Numbered from the stretch's first letter, positions 51,069-64,000 are shown. The stretch: 64,000 nt of DNA from Lytechinus pictus (GCF_037042905.1 NC_087251.1:40488001-40552000); one strand, 5' to 3'. Program-made: numbers and translations. Notes: a model not told the origin generated them from the sequence alone.

Positions 51069-52929
51069 ATCCATCTTTGAGTGCCAAAAATGTGCATCTC
51101 CCGCCCCTTGGTCGTATGAAACTCTTATCACTCGTAACAAAATCTTTATAACTCGTTCAGAGCTCGCTTTAAGTCGTATAAAGGTCACCGCAACTCATAC
51201 TAAGCTCGGCCTGACTCGTTTCGCGCTCGGTTCACTCGTACAGCGAGCGTAGTGAACTCGATGTTGAGTCGTTTGTCACTCAAGCAAATTCCAGGAAAAA
51301 ATGTAAATTTCACGCGAGCTTGTGCGAGCTAAGGCGAGTTAGAGCTCGCGCAGCTCGCGTATGACTCGCAACTCCAACTCGCCAAAGTGGAAACCTTGCT
51401 TTACTATATATGACTTTCATGTCTTGCATGAGACCAAATTTGCGACGCACAGTACACGCGGTTCCGAAATTACGCAATGTTTTGTAGCGCACGTCCAGGG
51501 GCGTAACAGGGGTCGGTGGTCGGTGGCCCGGGGGGGGGGGGGGGGGGGGGAGGGAAAGAGCCAAACATTTCCCGGTCATATCATGGAACAGGCAACGGCG
51601 TCATGAGGCAAAAATTTTGAGGGGGCGATATGGTGTATCAGGCGAGCGAGCAAAATTTTGATATTTTTATTACAAAAATCAAATTTTGTGATAGATTTTG
51701 ACATATTCCACCCTTCTCTCTTTCCTTTTCTCTTTTTTTGTCTTGGTCTGTACGCCATGATGAACAGGATTTTTGTTATGATTGTGCGCGAGCATCAGTT
51801 TTCCGCGTTACAGATATATTGCAAAAAAAGGTCGAGGGGGGAGCTGGTTCGGCCCCCAATCTTTTTAAAAAAAATTTTTTAAAGAGTTTATTGGTTGCAG
51901 CATATAAAGAGGGGCTGGTCTTACAAGACAAATCCAATAGAGAAATAAAAATAAAACAATCAACATTTCAATAAATCTAATGTAATAAATAATCTTCTCA
52001 AGCTTTATCTATGATGTGCGTGTAAATGCTGATTAATATTTAACAACACAGCGTAATACTAAGCTTTCATCAGATAAGTACTTGCCCATATATTCTTTTA
52101 CATTTCCCTGCTCTTTTGACCTTTTTAGGAGGATACCAGTACCTTATTCTAACCAAAATATAGAATTATCTACTGATCTAATTGTAGATGGTTGTTTTAA
52201 ACTACATTAGCCAAATTATACTCGACATACAGTTGAATATATACATATGGTTGAATTCCCTTCACACCAATAATATACATGATGTATACTGCCTATGACA
52301 ATCAGGACATGATAACATAAATCGTTAGCATGGTGGAAGATTTCACAACATCAATTATTTACAAGTTATATGGCAAGTCATAGCCAAATCTTCAATGAAT
52401 TCCTCTGAATCCAAGATTCAACCAAGTTTTACATATACACAAAATGTTTTATTGCATTCGTATGTCTCATCTTATATTATCGTCTACACATGATTCAACG
52501 TTCAGGCCCCGCATCCTCGGAATGTCTGGCAATGAACTACTCAAGAATGAGTACTTCTTATTGTAATATAATTGATTGATATTTAATTATTATGCATACA
52601 TGATTGCAATATAAGACGAGAAAGACAATACGGATAGCATATTAAAGGGACATCAAATATTATTTGAAGTGATTATATCATATCGAGTATTGTTACAACT
52701 TGTTCTAATTATCTGTTGCAGTTAGGTTTGACCTTAGAATTGCTTTTTTTTTTCTCAAAGGAAGATTATGTTACCAACCAATCAAGCTAAATTTCTGATT
52801 TAGTTGGTTGCAAGCGAGGTATGCATGGTAACAAGAATATAATTTGTCATTAATAACATCACGTCATAATGTTTGGAGGGTATTCTTCATTACTAGCAAT
52901 GATATTGAGTGCAATGAAATGTTTTTTAA

Positions 52930-53457
52930 CCCTAACTAAGCCCGGGGGTGGTATTAACACTTCAACCTTTCCTATTCTCTTTCAAGTCTCGCACAATTGA
53001 TGTCAAATACGCATTTCGTAAATTACAGGTAATCTTATACACGTACAATGAACAACAAATTATTTTGTTTAGATACAAAACGAATTTTGTTTTCAGCTTA
53101 ATATTCATAAATGCATAATTATTTTGTTAACAATTAATAACAATTAGTTACTTGCATGTTGTCTATGATTGAAAAATTTAGTTATAAAATGTCATTATAA
53201 TAATAGAAATTAATATTGATATTGCATTTTTAATAGAGTTGTTAAGAATGTTCCAAAGAGTATCTAGACCAAAAATATAGTTGATTTAAATAGAACACAA
53301 TTTTTATTTCAGGCATAAATGCAAGAATTAGCACAGTCAATGACATCAATCAATAATTTTTCAAAAAATTAACTATGCAATTTATGGGGGAAATGCGTGG
53401 CGATTTTTCGGTGTGATCTACCAAAATAACCCGGCCCCAAGCCTAGCCTAGTTAGGG
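52930..53457. mobile_element. piggyBac-like MITE, just downstream of the SLC6 stop codon
   Basis: TTAA|CCCTAACTA ... TAGTTAGGG|TTAA. Confidence 0.7.
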
Positions 53458-53623
53458 TTAATTTGAAAGCTAAGTCGTCAAGAGTAAACTGCAAAATCAT
53501 AGAAGTAATAGGCCATCTACCCTGTGAGAATATTTCTTTTTTTATAAAATATCAAACATTCCCTTTCATAAACATCTACAGCAAAGCCATGGTCTATTGT
53601 TTGTCTGATTGATAAGTATTGCT

Positions 53624-53845
53624 TTAGACGCTTTCTGTAGCATCATATGTTTGTATTCCAATGGATTCATTATAAGGTGGTGGAGACATATCAGCCCCAC
53701 CATTCTTAATCACATCACCATCGCCATGGTTGGTGTGGCCGAGTTCCAGGTTAGAAAAGATTGGATCGATCACGTGTACATTAGGAGCATTCACTGTTTC
53801 GCTTCGGCAGTGAGGCAGGTATGGAGTGGTCAGGATGTTCCACCG
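53624..53845 (-). CDS. SLC6 transporter terminal exon (RWNILTTP...SPPPYNE...ATESV*)
   Basis: Polypyrimidine tract plus cag acceptor, phase 0 after previous exon, typical R-W-xx-L-x-x-P start of the SLC6 tail, TAA stop. Confidence 0.88.
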   Translation of the reverse strand, partial: RWNILTTPYLPHCRSETVNAPNVHVIDPIFSNLELGHTNHGDGDVIKNGGADMSPPPYNESIGIQTYDATESV

Positions 53846-54788
53846 CTGAAGGAAAGAAAATAAAAATGATAAACTATTCATACATTGCATAATTTTTTAA
53901 AGGATGTTTTATTGTATTCTCTCAAATCATGATTATAAATTATACAATAAATCCATAACAAATATAATTATTCAAATTATACATCAAACTTCAAAGATAC
54001 TAGAAATAAATACTAATGCGTTTCAGCAATTACAAAATGAAATATTAACAAAATGTATGAAATGATAAGAGAAAAAAAAAATAATCAAAATTGTACTCGA
54101 TATGTATTTCAAACGAAATTGAATATGAAGAATATTTGAATTCATTTACATATCAATGACATGTATGCAAAATATGTTGATATACTGATGAGCTGAGAAT
54201 AAACCCCCTCATTTCCATTTATGCTCAACATTATACTGTTTTTTGTTTGTTTTACGAAGTAAGAATGCTCGTCTGTAAAATTTTACTTGATTTGTATTAC
54301 TTTATATTACTTTGTATTATGTTTTGAATGGAAATGGAATAAAGAATTGAATTGAATTGAAAAAAACCTACATGGCATTCCAAGTGAGAGGGTGTCAGTT
54401 TCACCTCATCCTTCAAATCTTGCTTTCAAAAGTCCAATTGAAAGGAGGTTATTTACAATTAATAACTCTAATTAATTAGTAAAAAGTAAAAAAATAAACT
54501 CCAATATCTCTTGTGTTTCTGAAGATTAATTGGTTATGTATTTTGTTTCTAATTTGTTTGAATGATTTGAAAGTACTGTTATATTTTTTTAAGTATTGGT
54601 AATTCTAATTTGGTAACTGCAAGTTTCTTTGAATAAATAGCACTCCAAATGGGAAATAGGTTTAAAGCGATTAATAGATCTCATCATTATTATTACAATT
54701 CCTCTCCCAATGAATTTCAGTCAAATATCCAACAACTTTTTATAAGCTATGAAGTCATTGTACACCTTATTTGTGACATCATTCATAA

Positions 54789-54942
54789 CAGGGGCCGCGG
54801 AACGGTTTTCAAAGTGGGGGGGGGGGGGGGGGCTGACCATGCAAAAAATTATAATCATATGGTCATTTTTACGTTTTTGTACACGGTTTTGGAAAAAAAG
54901 TGGGGGGCTGAAGCTCCCCAGCCCCCCGCTTCCGCGGCCCCT
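54789..54942. mobile_element. Short G/C-tract MITE (hAT-like ends)
   Basis: TIR CAGGGGCCGCGGAA / TTCCGCGGCCCCTG; no clean TSD seen. Confidence 0.65.
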
Positions 54943-55642
54943 GCATAACATTTATTAGTATCAAACACTGCAACTCACTTTATACGTTTCATAATTTTAC
55001 ATTAAAAAATGACTTGTCATTCATGTCTGTTGGATACACCCATTTCTGCATCTAATTTAGTTTGAATAATTATTTTCTTTAGGAATGATTGACAACACTA
55101 ATTACCTTGTGCAGAATAATGTTCAGACAGAATAAGTGCCAAAGAACATCAATTAAAAAAATGGTTCAATATTCATAATACTGTTCACAGCCTTGCTTGC
55201 ATACACACAACTTTATGCAAGACTATAGTCTCCTCCTTTCCCCAATAATTTTTATTCCAAATCAGAAAAGATAGGTATCCCATCTTCAGAAATTAAGAGC
55301 CTCGTTCTTTATGAAAATCTGATTAAAAATTCAATACTTTCGGGTTTGGAATGCACTCCCATTCTACTAATAACAGTGAATTTTTGTGGGACCTGTTTTA
55401 GTGCGAAAAGGGGGCATCAATCGTCCATGTAGTTTTCTGTAACTTAATACACATGGGCTGCAAAAGAAGGGGTATCAGTAATGTGTACAAAAACACAGAA
55501 ATAACCATCAGAGTGTGATTTCATGCTTGTTTAGGCGCCCCCCTCCCCCTCTGACTCAGCCAACCACTTTCAAAACAATTACACTGCCCCAGTTACAAAC
55601 AGCCCCCCCCCCCCCTGCCCCCCAGGAATGATTATATCTTAC

Positions 55643-55816
55643 CTCAATAAGGGATCCTTTGGCATTGAAGATTAACTGATAAAAGAAGAATATAGGTATG
55701 TTGACCATGGTCATGAGGGCGAGGATCCATCCAATCATATAACCCCACCAGGGGTATACATAGGTGTTGTTATACGTCAGTGGTTTGTATTTCACCAAAC
55801 TAAAGATAAAGATTGC
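55643..55816 (-). CDS. SLC6 exon, end of TM11 to TM12 ([30 protein letters not shown]...KGSLIE)
   Basis: YKPLTY..YVYP.W..GW motif typical of GAT/TauT/CT1; cag/gtaag; 174 nt, phase 0-0. Confidence 0.95.
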
Positions 55817-56493
55817 CTGCAAAAAAAAAGGAAAATCATAACAATATAATTCAAATATTATTATTCTCATTAATATAAAACACGGTGAGGTGCTCAACTG
55901 GGGGGGGGGGGGGCACCCAGGGAAAGTGCCCCTTTTGCTTTGTTTTGATTTGTGCAATGTGCCTGACCTTTTCTAAGAAGTGCCCCTCCCCCCTTTTTCA
56001 TGTGTAATTTTTCTGCTCTGCTTTTCATAATTTTTTTTCTAAATCTGTGCATTTTCCTGTGCCCCCTCTTATATGAAATCCTGGATCCGCCCATGGATAG
56101 ACTGAGAGCAGATCTGATTTAAACGAACTAAGAAACTCATTCATATCAATTTGACTATGCTTTTCTTGCTATATTAAATCAGTCCCTTACAAGTTTTTAA
56201 GGGACTCCCCAGGGAGTGTAAGATGTGCATACATTATGTGCGGGAATGACTGATTGAATCCGATGACGGGGTAATAATATATCTGTAAAGCACTCAGACA
56301 GTCCTTCCCATGTATTAAGCGCTACATAAAAGCAAAATATTATTATTATTATTATATCATTGTCAGCCTGACAATGTCTAATCTTCCATGTCTCATATTA
56401 GATATAATGTTTATTGAGATTACATTGGAGTTGGGGAAATGATTACTCTCCAAATAAAAATTGGAAAAAAAATGTATTATTGGTTATACTCAC

Positions 56494-56597
56494 AGAAGTA
56501 AATAATGGAGAGAGGCAGATCCATGCTGTAACCATGTAAGGAGCAATCCATGTAACACCAGACATCTCAGTTACATTCTTCATGAACCGGCGACCAC
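56494..56597 (-). CDS. SLC6 exon (GGRRFMKNVTEMSGVTWIAPYMVTAWICLSPLFTS)
   Basis: RF...EM.G...W....P pattern; tag/gtgag; 104 nt, phase 1-0. Confidence 0.92.
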
Positions 56598-56999
56598 CTA
56601 CAACATAACAGATAGAAATAATATAGTTTTTATATAGCACAATGTCTTTGAGCACTTACCACAGTCATCTGAATCTATCTTGCCTGCATTCAATGAATGC
56701 TGATGATCATTATGTTTTACAAAAACTCATAATGCAACAAAAACAGGCTGTATGAAGATATTTTTGTAACGTTATATTACTAAATTAAACACACTGTTAA
56801 ATTAGTAAATAGCACTGGGCAGTTTATTCATTACTTCTCTATTCATTTGCATTCCATTACACATGGTATAACAATTCGGATATACATAAATAACATGTTT
56901 TAAGAATATATATATATATATATATGTTATTAAATTGATATGATTGTCAAAGTACAATATAATCTGTAATGAAGTTTCATTTAATGAGTCATTCATTAA

Positions 57000-57600
57000 A
57001 GGTCAAGTCCACCTCAGAAAAAAGTTGTTTTGAATCAACAGAGAAAAATCAGACAAGATAATGCTGAAAATTTCATCAAAATCGGAAGTAAAATAAGAAA
57101 GTTATGACATTTTGAAATTTTGCTTATTTTTCACAAAATAGTTCTATGCACAAGTTAGTAACATGCATATGAGAGAATCGATGATGTCCCTCACTCACTA
57201 TTTATTTTGTTTTTATTGTTTGAATTATACAATATTTCAATTTTTACAGATTTGACAATAAGGACCAACTTGACTGAACCATATAATGTTAAGCAATGGT
57301 AACGCCACATGTTCAGTGAGAAATAAAACTTTGTTTCACAGGACAATGCGGAGAAAGTTAGAATATTTCATATTTCAAATTATAAAATACAAAAGAAAAA
57401 GTGAGTGAGTGATGTCATCAGTTCCCTCATTTGCATACCGACCAGGATGTGCATATAACTATTATGTGAAATTAAGCGAAACTTAAAAATATCATAACTT
57501 TCTTATTTTACATCCGATTTTGATGAACTTTTCAGTGTTATGCTCGTTGGATTTTTCTCTTTTTATTCAAATCAACATGTTGTTGGGGTGGACTTGTCCT
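57000..57600. mobile_element. Kolobok-like MITE in an SLC6 intron
   Basis: TTAA TSD (56996-56999, 57601-57604), AGG/CCT ends. Confidence 0.85.
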
Positions 57601-57693
57601 TTAATTTGAGTTATTATTCAAAGTACATTTAAATACAAATTATCTTCTAACGGTAAGTTTTATTTGCTATTTTTACTCATATTTCATTATATG

Positions 57694-57926
57694 CACTCTA
57701 ACTTTCAAGGATTGAATACAAATCCAGATCAGCTGTTAATAAGAAGGGACCAGTCGGAGATTGGATTTATTTTGAATCCTAAAGATTAATTTTTAAATCT
57801 CAAAGGATTTATTTGTGAACCTCAAAGAACAAATCCTCAATGTTTAAATCTAAATCTAACGTCCAACTGGTCCCTATAAACTCACAGCCGATCTCGGTTT
57901 ATTTTAAATCCTTGAAATTTAGAGTG
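57694..57926. mobile_element. Palindromic CAC..GTG MITE (CACTA/EnSpm-like)
   Basis: CACTCTAACTTTCAAGGATT / AATCCTTGAAATTTAGAGTG. Confidence 0.6.
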
Positions 57927-58150
57927 TATATTTGTGAAAGTCCATTATTTTCCTCACCAATCTATCAATAATAATAAGTTCATCTGGCTCTTAAAATTTG
58001 TCCATAAAATTTTGTATTGATCTCGCCTTCAATAATTATAGCTTTCCACATTAACACATGTTATCCTACCGTCTGTGTTCCACCTAATGATAACCGTGCT
58101 CTTCAATCCTTCTTATCATAATCTTCTTTCATTTCCTTCCCTATACTTAC

Positions 58151-58253
58151 CGTAAGCCCATCCGATGGTGAAGCTTTCAAACATCGACACCCAGAGAAGA
58201 ACAAAGCCACTGGCCGCATAGTAATCAAACAATTGGAAGATGTACATGCCTCC
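58151..58253 (-). CDS. SLC6 exon, TM10 ([34 protein letters not shown])
   Basis: [16 protein letters not shown] is characteristic of the GABA/taurine/creatine branch; cag/gtaag; 103 nt, phase 0-1. Confidence 0.96.
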
Positions 58254-58579
58254 CTGGATAGAGTAAGAGAGGGCATTTAATTATCAGTTAATTGCATTCT
58301 TACAGAACCACGTCTGCATTCCAAACCCCCTTTAGCCCATGAATTAAAAACATGATAGCTGCTCCAGTGTGAGTGTGCAAGGACACCAAAATACGTGACA
58401 GTGGTGTAAGGCCAATTAGTCTTGGACTTCAAGCCTGAATGTGTGCCTCTTTTTTTTTCGCCAAAAGGGGGGGGGGGGCGAAAAACAAAGTTCATCCACA
58501 CCTATGCTCTTTTATCATGCATTCAAATAAATGATAATGCTTAACGCATTATTGGTAACTAGATGTGCACTTGTTTTAA

Positions 58580-59180
58580 AGGGATGGTCCGGGCTGAAAA
58601 TATTTATAACTAAATAAATAGAGTAAAATTCACAGAGCAAAATGCTGAAAATTTCATCAAAATCGGATAACAAATAACGAAGTTATTGAATTTTAAAGTT
58701 TATCAATATTTGTGAAAACAGTTATATGCACATCGTCATGAATATTCATTAGATGGGCTGATGATGTCACATCCCCACTTTCTTTTTTTCTTATACATGT
58801 ACATGAAATCATAAATGTTTCACTTTTTCATACATGTGTAAATGATGTGTCTCCATTATGATGAAATAAGTTGCGGCAATAAAAAAACTAATGCACTTCA
58901 TCAGTTGTCAATCCAATTGATTTAGTTCTTGGTAGAAAAATGTTGAATAAACCTAATATCAAATAATAAAATACAAAAGAACAAGTTGGGATATGACATA
59001 ATCAGCCCACCTAATGAATATTCATGGGACATGCCTAGAACTGTCCGGAAATAATGCAAATCTTTAAAATTCAATAACTTTGTTATTTGTTATCCGATTT
59101 TGATCAAATTTTCAGCATTTTGCTCTGTGAATTTTACTATATTTATTGCGATATAAATATTTCCAGACTGGACCATCCCT
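58580..59180. mobile_element. Kolobok-like MITE, second subfamily; degenerate relative at ~45100-45690
   Basis: TTAA|AGGGATGGTCC ... GGACCATCCCT|TTAA with long TIRs. Confidence 0.85.
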
Positions 59181-61948
59181 TTAAAAAGAAATCATCCACA
59201 TTTTCCCCGATTTTTCCTCGAAGCTGATTTTTGTTGTTAGTCCTAACAGTTGCTTCTTAGCTTTGTTCTTAGAAACAAGATAATTGTATGTCAAAAGCCA
59301 TATTTAAATAATGCAAGCGCGAAGCGCGAGCTATTTTTTTTTTCTTGTATTTTATCCTGAAAATTGAATATTTTGAGCAATGTTTGATGTCATGAACAAG
59401 ATGCGTATGGAACCAAATAATTACTGCGAGCGCGAAGCGCGAGCTGAAAATGTTTTGATACAGTATTCCGACCTAAAAATTGACATTCTAAGGTCTCTTT
59501 GTAATCATGAATAGGATAGGTATGTAACTAAAGAACAAAGGAAAATTATATTCCTATTCCTCCTCGTAAGATTAAGCTGAAAAATGTCGATATTCCGATC
59601 TGAAAAGGGGACAATATAAGAATAAGGAATTAATGAAAAGGATATTAATCTCATTTAATAATCTAATAGGCCTAATGAGAGCGCAAAATTTGATGATATT
59701 AAGGCCTGAAAATTTGACATTTTAAGCACTTTTGTAATTATGCAAATATGATGCATGGTTAAAATATTTTTAAGAATTAATGCAAATTCAAAGCGCAAGC
59801 CGAAATTTTGATAAAATGTCATGAAAATGGGGATTGTTTGTTTGAATTATATTGCAGTATATAACCTGTATCGGTGTACTCTTCAATGACTGCATTTCAG
59901 AGCCATCAATGTCATACCTTCTTCGTTCAACAGTCTCAGTAATGCACATTTTAGTATCATGAAAATTTATTACATGACTGAATATGATTTTATTTTCTTT
60001 TACCCGTTGTTTTCCAATTATAGGCAAAAGAAAATTGTATGATTTACGTCACAATATGTTCAAAATTTATACTCTTTGAAGTCCTAAGTTCTCATTTCCC
60101 TGAGACAAACTAAATAATTTACACTTTTATAAGGTCAAGGGAAATGCTAGTTTAACAGAATGAATGCAAGTCGACAATGTTGGGAATTCAATTTTAGTGC
60201 ATGTCTGATTAATACGATATAAAACAAAATCTGCTTCTTTTTGATGCAACTACTCTTACATTTGGGAAAAGAGCTATCAATTTGTGTTTTCAAATGAACT
60301 TTCTCTCTGCGACTGGTCTGTATTAATAAAACGCTTCTTGGCCAATCGTAGTTCTAGTGCACACGAAACAGGTGTACTTTTGACACTGCCTACCTTAGAT
60401 CTGAATTTGATCATATTATGGCGCACTTTGAGAGGAATATGATACAGGCAAAACGGCGGGAAAACGTCGTGAATTGGTAAATCGATCCCCGCTAGACGAA
60501 GGCTAACAGATATAGGATAAGGCTGATACGCTACTGCTTTCTACCTTTTTAAGAGTCAAGTCATAGCAATAAAGTGGCGACATTCTCTTTTAATACCCTG
60601 GAGCGAGAGGAATATCCGTACCCAGATCGCTGGAGTCGTCTGGTGACTGGTTTAGATATACGATCATACGGATATTCTTCCCGACGATCATACGGATATT
60701 CTTCCCGTTCATCTCACATTATGAATATACTCCTGTATACACAGACCCCGTCATCAACTGTGGTTACATCTCATCCACAACTTTCTGACCGCCGTATCTC
60801 ATGCAAAAACAAATTGGGATTTCTTTTATCATCGATGCCATTTACCAAAGAAAAAAAAACCTTGTCCTTATTATAAAAATGATAAACTTAAATCATTCCG
60901 CAGAGATTCAGATTTTAAAATTAATTTTATCGATACAACCTTTTATTTTAAGATAAAGGAGCAGAATCAATTGACTGTAATGGATAGCAGTTCTTTACAT
61001 AAGGCTGACTATCTACATGGGATTATACGTGTACACTGTTAAAAATATTACTAATTTTACAAAGAAAAATCGTAAATTTACAGGATGTTTATACCTTTTA
61101 AGTTAAATTATCATTCTATCATTCACCGCATCCACCGGCTCCGCCACCCCTGTTACTTCAAACTTAATTAGCTAAGTTTTTGTTTCTGATATTGTATTGA
61201 TCGAATTTACAGTAATATATTTACCCTATAGTTCTAGCTTCAAAATGAAATCTTACTCAATAAATTTGGTCAAGATTCTGTGATGTACCAACAATTTATC
61301 CATGGCACCGTGTGGAAAATTGTTCATCCGCCACCCTTTTGCATACCCAACTTCTGAAATGCGACCATTTGTAAATTAACGGCGATTCTCATGTTAAATT
61401 AATGTTAAAAATTACATTTTTTCTAAAACAGTTATCCAATATTTTTGCATTTTTACAGCCCATCGTAATTTAACAGTTCATACTGTTTGTGAGTCCAAGC
61501 TGCCAGTAATAATTACTGTATTTTTACAGTTTTATTTTCAACAGTTTAGTTATAAAATAAAAGCCCCGAATTTAATGAAAATATAACTGGCGATATCAAT
61601 GTGCTCCGAAAACTAATAATAATTCATAAAAATTAATTAATCATCCGAAAAATATAGAACAAATACGAAAGATCACATAAGTGAGCATATCGCAAGAGGC
61701 CTAATCATAAAAACAGTTTTTCTGTTCTTGTTTAAGTAATACCACGTTCTCACTGTCATGTGATCCTTGAAGGAAGCCGCGACGGGTCTTTCATAACTGA
61801 ACGCAAAAATGTTTTAACCATTCAAAATATTTATACGATCAATGCGATTGCCACGACTGATCTGATACGATCTGATAAGATCACTACGATTACTCCACGA
61901 TAAAGTACGAGGTTTGAATCGTGGCGCAGATCGTGGCAGTGGGTACTA

Positions 61949-62189
61949 CACTGCAAAAACTCGGTGTTGATTTAACACCAACCCGGAATCTATATCTGTC
62001 CACACCAGAGAAGTGTTAAACAACACCAGATTGGTTTTGGTCTAACACCAGATATGAGTTTATCCAACACCAATTAGTATTAAAACAGCATCGGTTTGAT
62101 TCCAAACTGGTGTTATTTCAATACTTCTCTGGTGTGGACAGATATAGATTCCGGGCTGGTGTTAAATCAACACCGGGGTTTTTGCAGTG
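61949..62189. mobile_element. 241-bp near-perfect palindromic CACTG MITE (CACTA/EnSpm-like); related ends at ~61034-61545 and 62198
   Basis: TA|CACTGCAAAAAC...GTTTTTGCAGTG|TA; ~80-bp arms with AACACC subrepeats. Confidence 0.8.
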
Positions 62190-62935
62190 TAGGTATACAC
62201 TGTAAAAAATATTGGGTAAAATTTTAACCAGCACGAGGATGATTAAGTGTCCAAACAATTTGGGGCAGTATTTTACCCAATTGCGAGAAGCATATTGTCC
62301 AGTAAGGTTAAAAAATAAGCAGCAATTACTTTAGAATGGGCAAAATTTTCATCAAGCTGGATACATAAAAATGCCCAAAAAGAAATACCCAATGTTGGTT
62401 GGACACATAAATACCCTCATGGAGCATCTTTTATCCAATATTCGATCGGCAAAGCAGCGTTCCGCTGGTACAATTTCTTTAGGAAACATTTTACGTCTAA
62501 GTTAATCAGTCATAATGGCTGACGTTATAGATGAGACGACAGAAATTACTCTCATGCCTTTTCGGTTAAAGTGTAGATAATGGCCGAGCGGGGATTCGAA
62601 CTTATAACCTCACAATCATGAGTCCAATAGACCACATGGCCATTATTTTGGGAAGCACTTTAAGTGAACGCATGGAAGAGGCAATAGTATAAAACAACAT
62701 CTGGATCGGAATGGAATAAAACTGATGAATGCCTCAATTTTTCTCGATCCATCAGCTGATTTTTTTCCACCCTTTAATTTCATGTAATTCGTTCAATTTT
62801 CAAGAGATGTTAACTTCGATAAATTGACCAAATAACGAAACAAAGAAGTTCCCCTAATAATATCACAATGGTTTACAAACACGTTAATGTTGAACTGAAA
62901 GGTTAATAAAAGGATAGAAATTATGGATGACTTAC

Positions 62936-63073
62936 GTAAGTACACATAGGTATTCCGGCAATACAGAAGAACAAGCAGACAAAGATACAGAAGATTTCAC
63001 GTCGGTGTCCTTTCAGGAGCGTGTTAGGAAACAAGTCCACGATAGTAGCCACGAAGCCTTCTACACCAACAAA
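62936..63073 (-). CDS. SLC6 exon, TM8-TM9 (FVGVEGFVATIVDLFPNTLLKGHRREIFCIFVCLFFCIAGIPMCTY)
   Basis: FVGVEGF...D..P...RE motif resembling creatine/taurine/GABA transporters; tag/gtaag; 138 nt, phase 0-0. Upstream exons lie beyond the window. Confidence 0.95.
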
Positions 63074-63627
63074 CTAATGCAATAAAAAAAATGTAGATGA
63101 AAATATATGACGATAATGATATAAAATTCCCCCTTCATAAAAATGATTGTCACCTTTGGATCAACTTGGCAACATCTGCAATTTTACTTTCCGGCTTTAA
63201 AATAATTCTTGTTAGTAGGCCTATGTTTGATGTGTTAAAGATCGTGTAAGGAATGAATATTCAATATCCTTATAAAGCTAGATCAAGCATTTGATGTTGT
63301 TTGTCGTTATATCACAGATGAATGCACATGCAGATATTCGAAATGAAAATGCGAACAATTTGGGGTCATTTTCAATTTTGTCATAAAATTTCATGCTCAA
63401 CAACCATGACAACTTACACAGCACCATGCTGGATGCTGCTGAGTAGGGCCATCCTCCCGTTTTCTATTTATCAATTCACATGTATCATTTTATATGTATT
63501 GTTATCTGTTTTTTTAACGGAAATAAATTCAAATCAATTCAATTGTCCAAATAACGGCTCAAATCCATTCACGATTTGAACCTATAGCAGTAAGAAATGA
63601 TTTTCGATAGGAGCTCGAGAAACCATC

Positions 63628-64000
63628 ACAAGTGGAGCACCTCTGACAGTCTCGCCTGCATTACGCGATTCAATATGGTAGTAGTGCTGACTTTGAAATC
63701 GACAATAATTATTCACAAATAACACCACTCAAATAATAATAAAATACTTTGTTCAATGACCCTAAATGACATTTGACCTTAACCTAAGACTTGAGCAAAA
63801 TGATCAGTGATACTTGTTTACCCTTATGTCCACATTTCATACACTGTATCCACAAACTTTTAAAGTTATGATGGCAATTAAAAAAATACCCCCAATTTGG
63901 CCAAAGTTCATTGACCTTAAATGAACTTTCACCATGGTCATGCTACCTGAAACTCGTGCAGGATGTTCACTGATACTTGATGTCCAAGTTTAAACGTTCA
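63628..64000 (-). mobile_element. HINE-like element 3' part, running off the window
   Basis: ACAAGTGGAGCACCTCTGACAGTCTCGCCTGCAT and internal units as at 49987. Confidence 0.7.

Larger units (their letters stand above)
47931..51400. mobile_element. Harbinger-like element with two nested insertions
   Basis: TIR AGCAAGGTTTCCACTTTGGCGAGTT / AACTCGCCAAAGTGGAAACCTTGCT; TAA/TTA flanks; AACTCG-rich subterminal arrays. Confidence 0.75.

Overview
Eukaryotic, AT-rich, intron- and repeat-rich metazoan DNA; the repeat repertoire suggests an echinoderm, probably a sea urchin (inference). Three protein-coding loci are supported. (1) The 3' seven coding exons of RCE1, CAAX prenyl protease 2 (+, 5135-24376); its 5' exons lie before the window. 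(2) An intronless 404-aa STK35/PDIK1L (NKF4)-family kinase-like ORF that has lost its catalytic-loop residues, i.e. a predicted pseudokinase (+, 34653-35867). (3) The last five coding exons of an SLC6 transporter of the GABA/taurine/creatine branch (-, 63073-53624). Non-coding DNA is dominated by non-autonomous transposons, often nested: a 3.86-kb foldback element with ~1.75-kb arms and a 6-bp TSD (IS3EU-like ends), hAT-, Kolobok-, piggyBac-, P-, Harbinger-, Tc1- and CACTA-like MITEs, Helentron-associated (HINE-like) elements rich in nuclear-receptor DR1 motifs, a tRNA SINE and an L2-like tail. The window opens in a 31-bp satellite of at least 3.9 kb with higher-order structure, whose unit carries CAG|GTAAG on the RCE1 sense strand. 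No prokaryotic-type system such as CRISPR is present. All family assignments are by eye and from memory of family motifs, without database searches.
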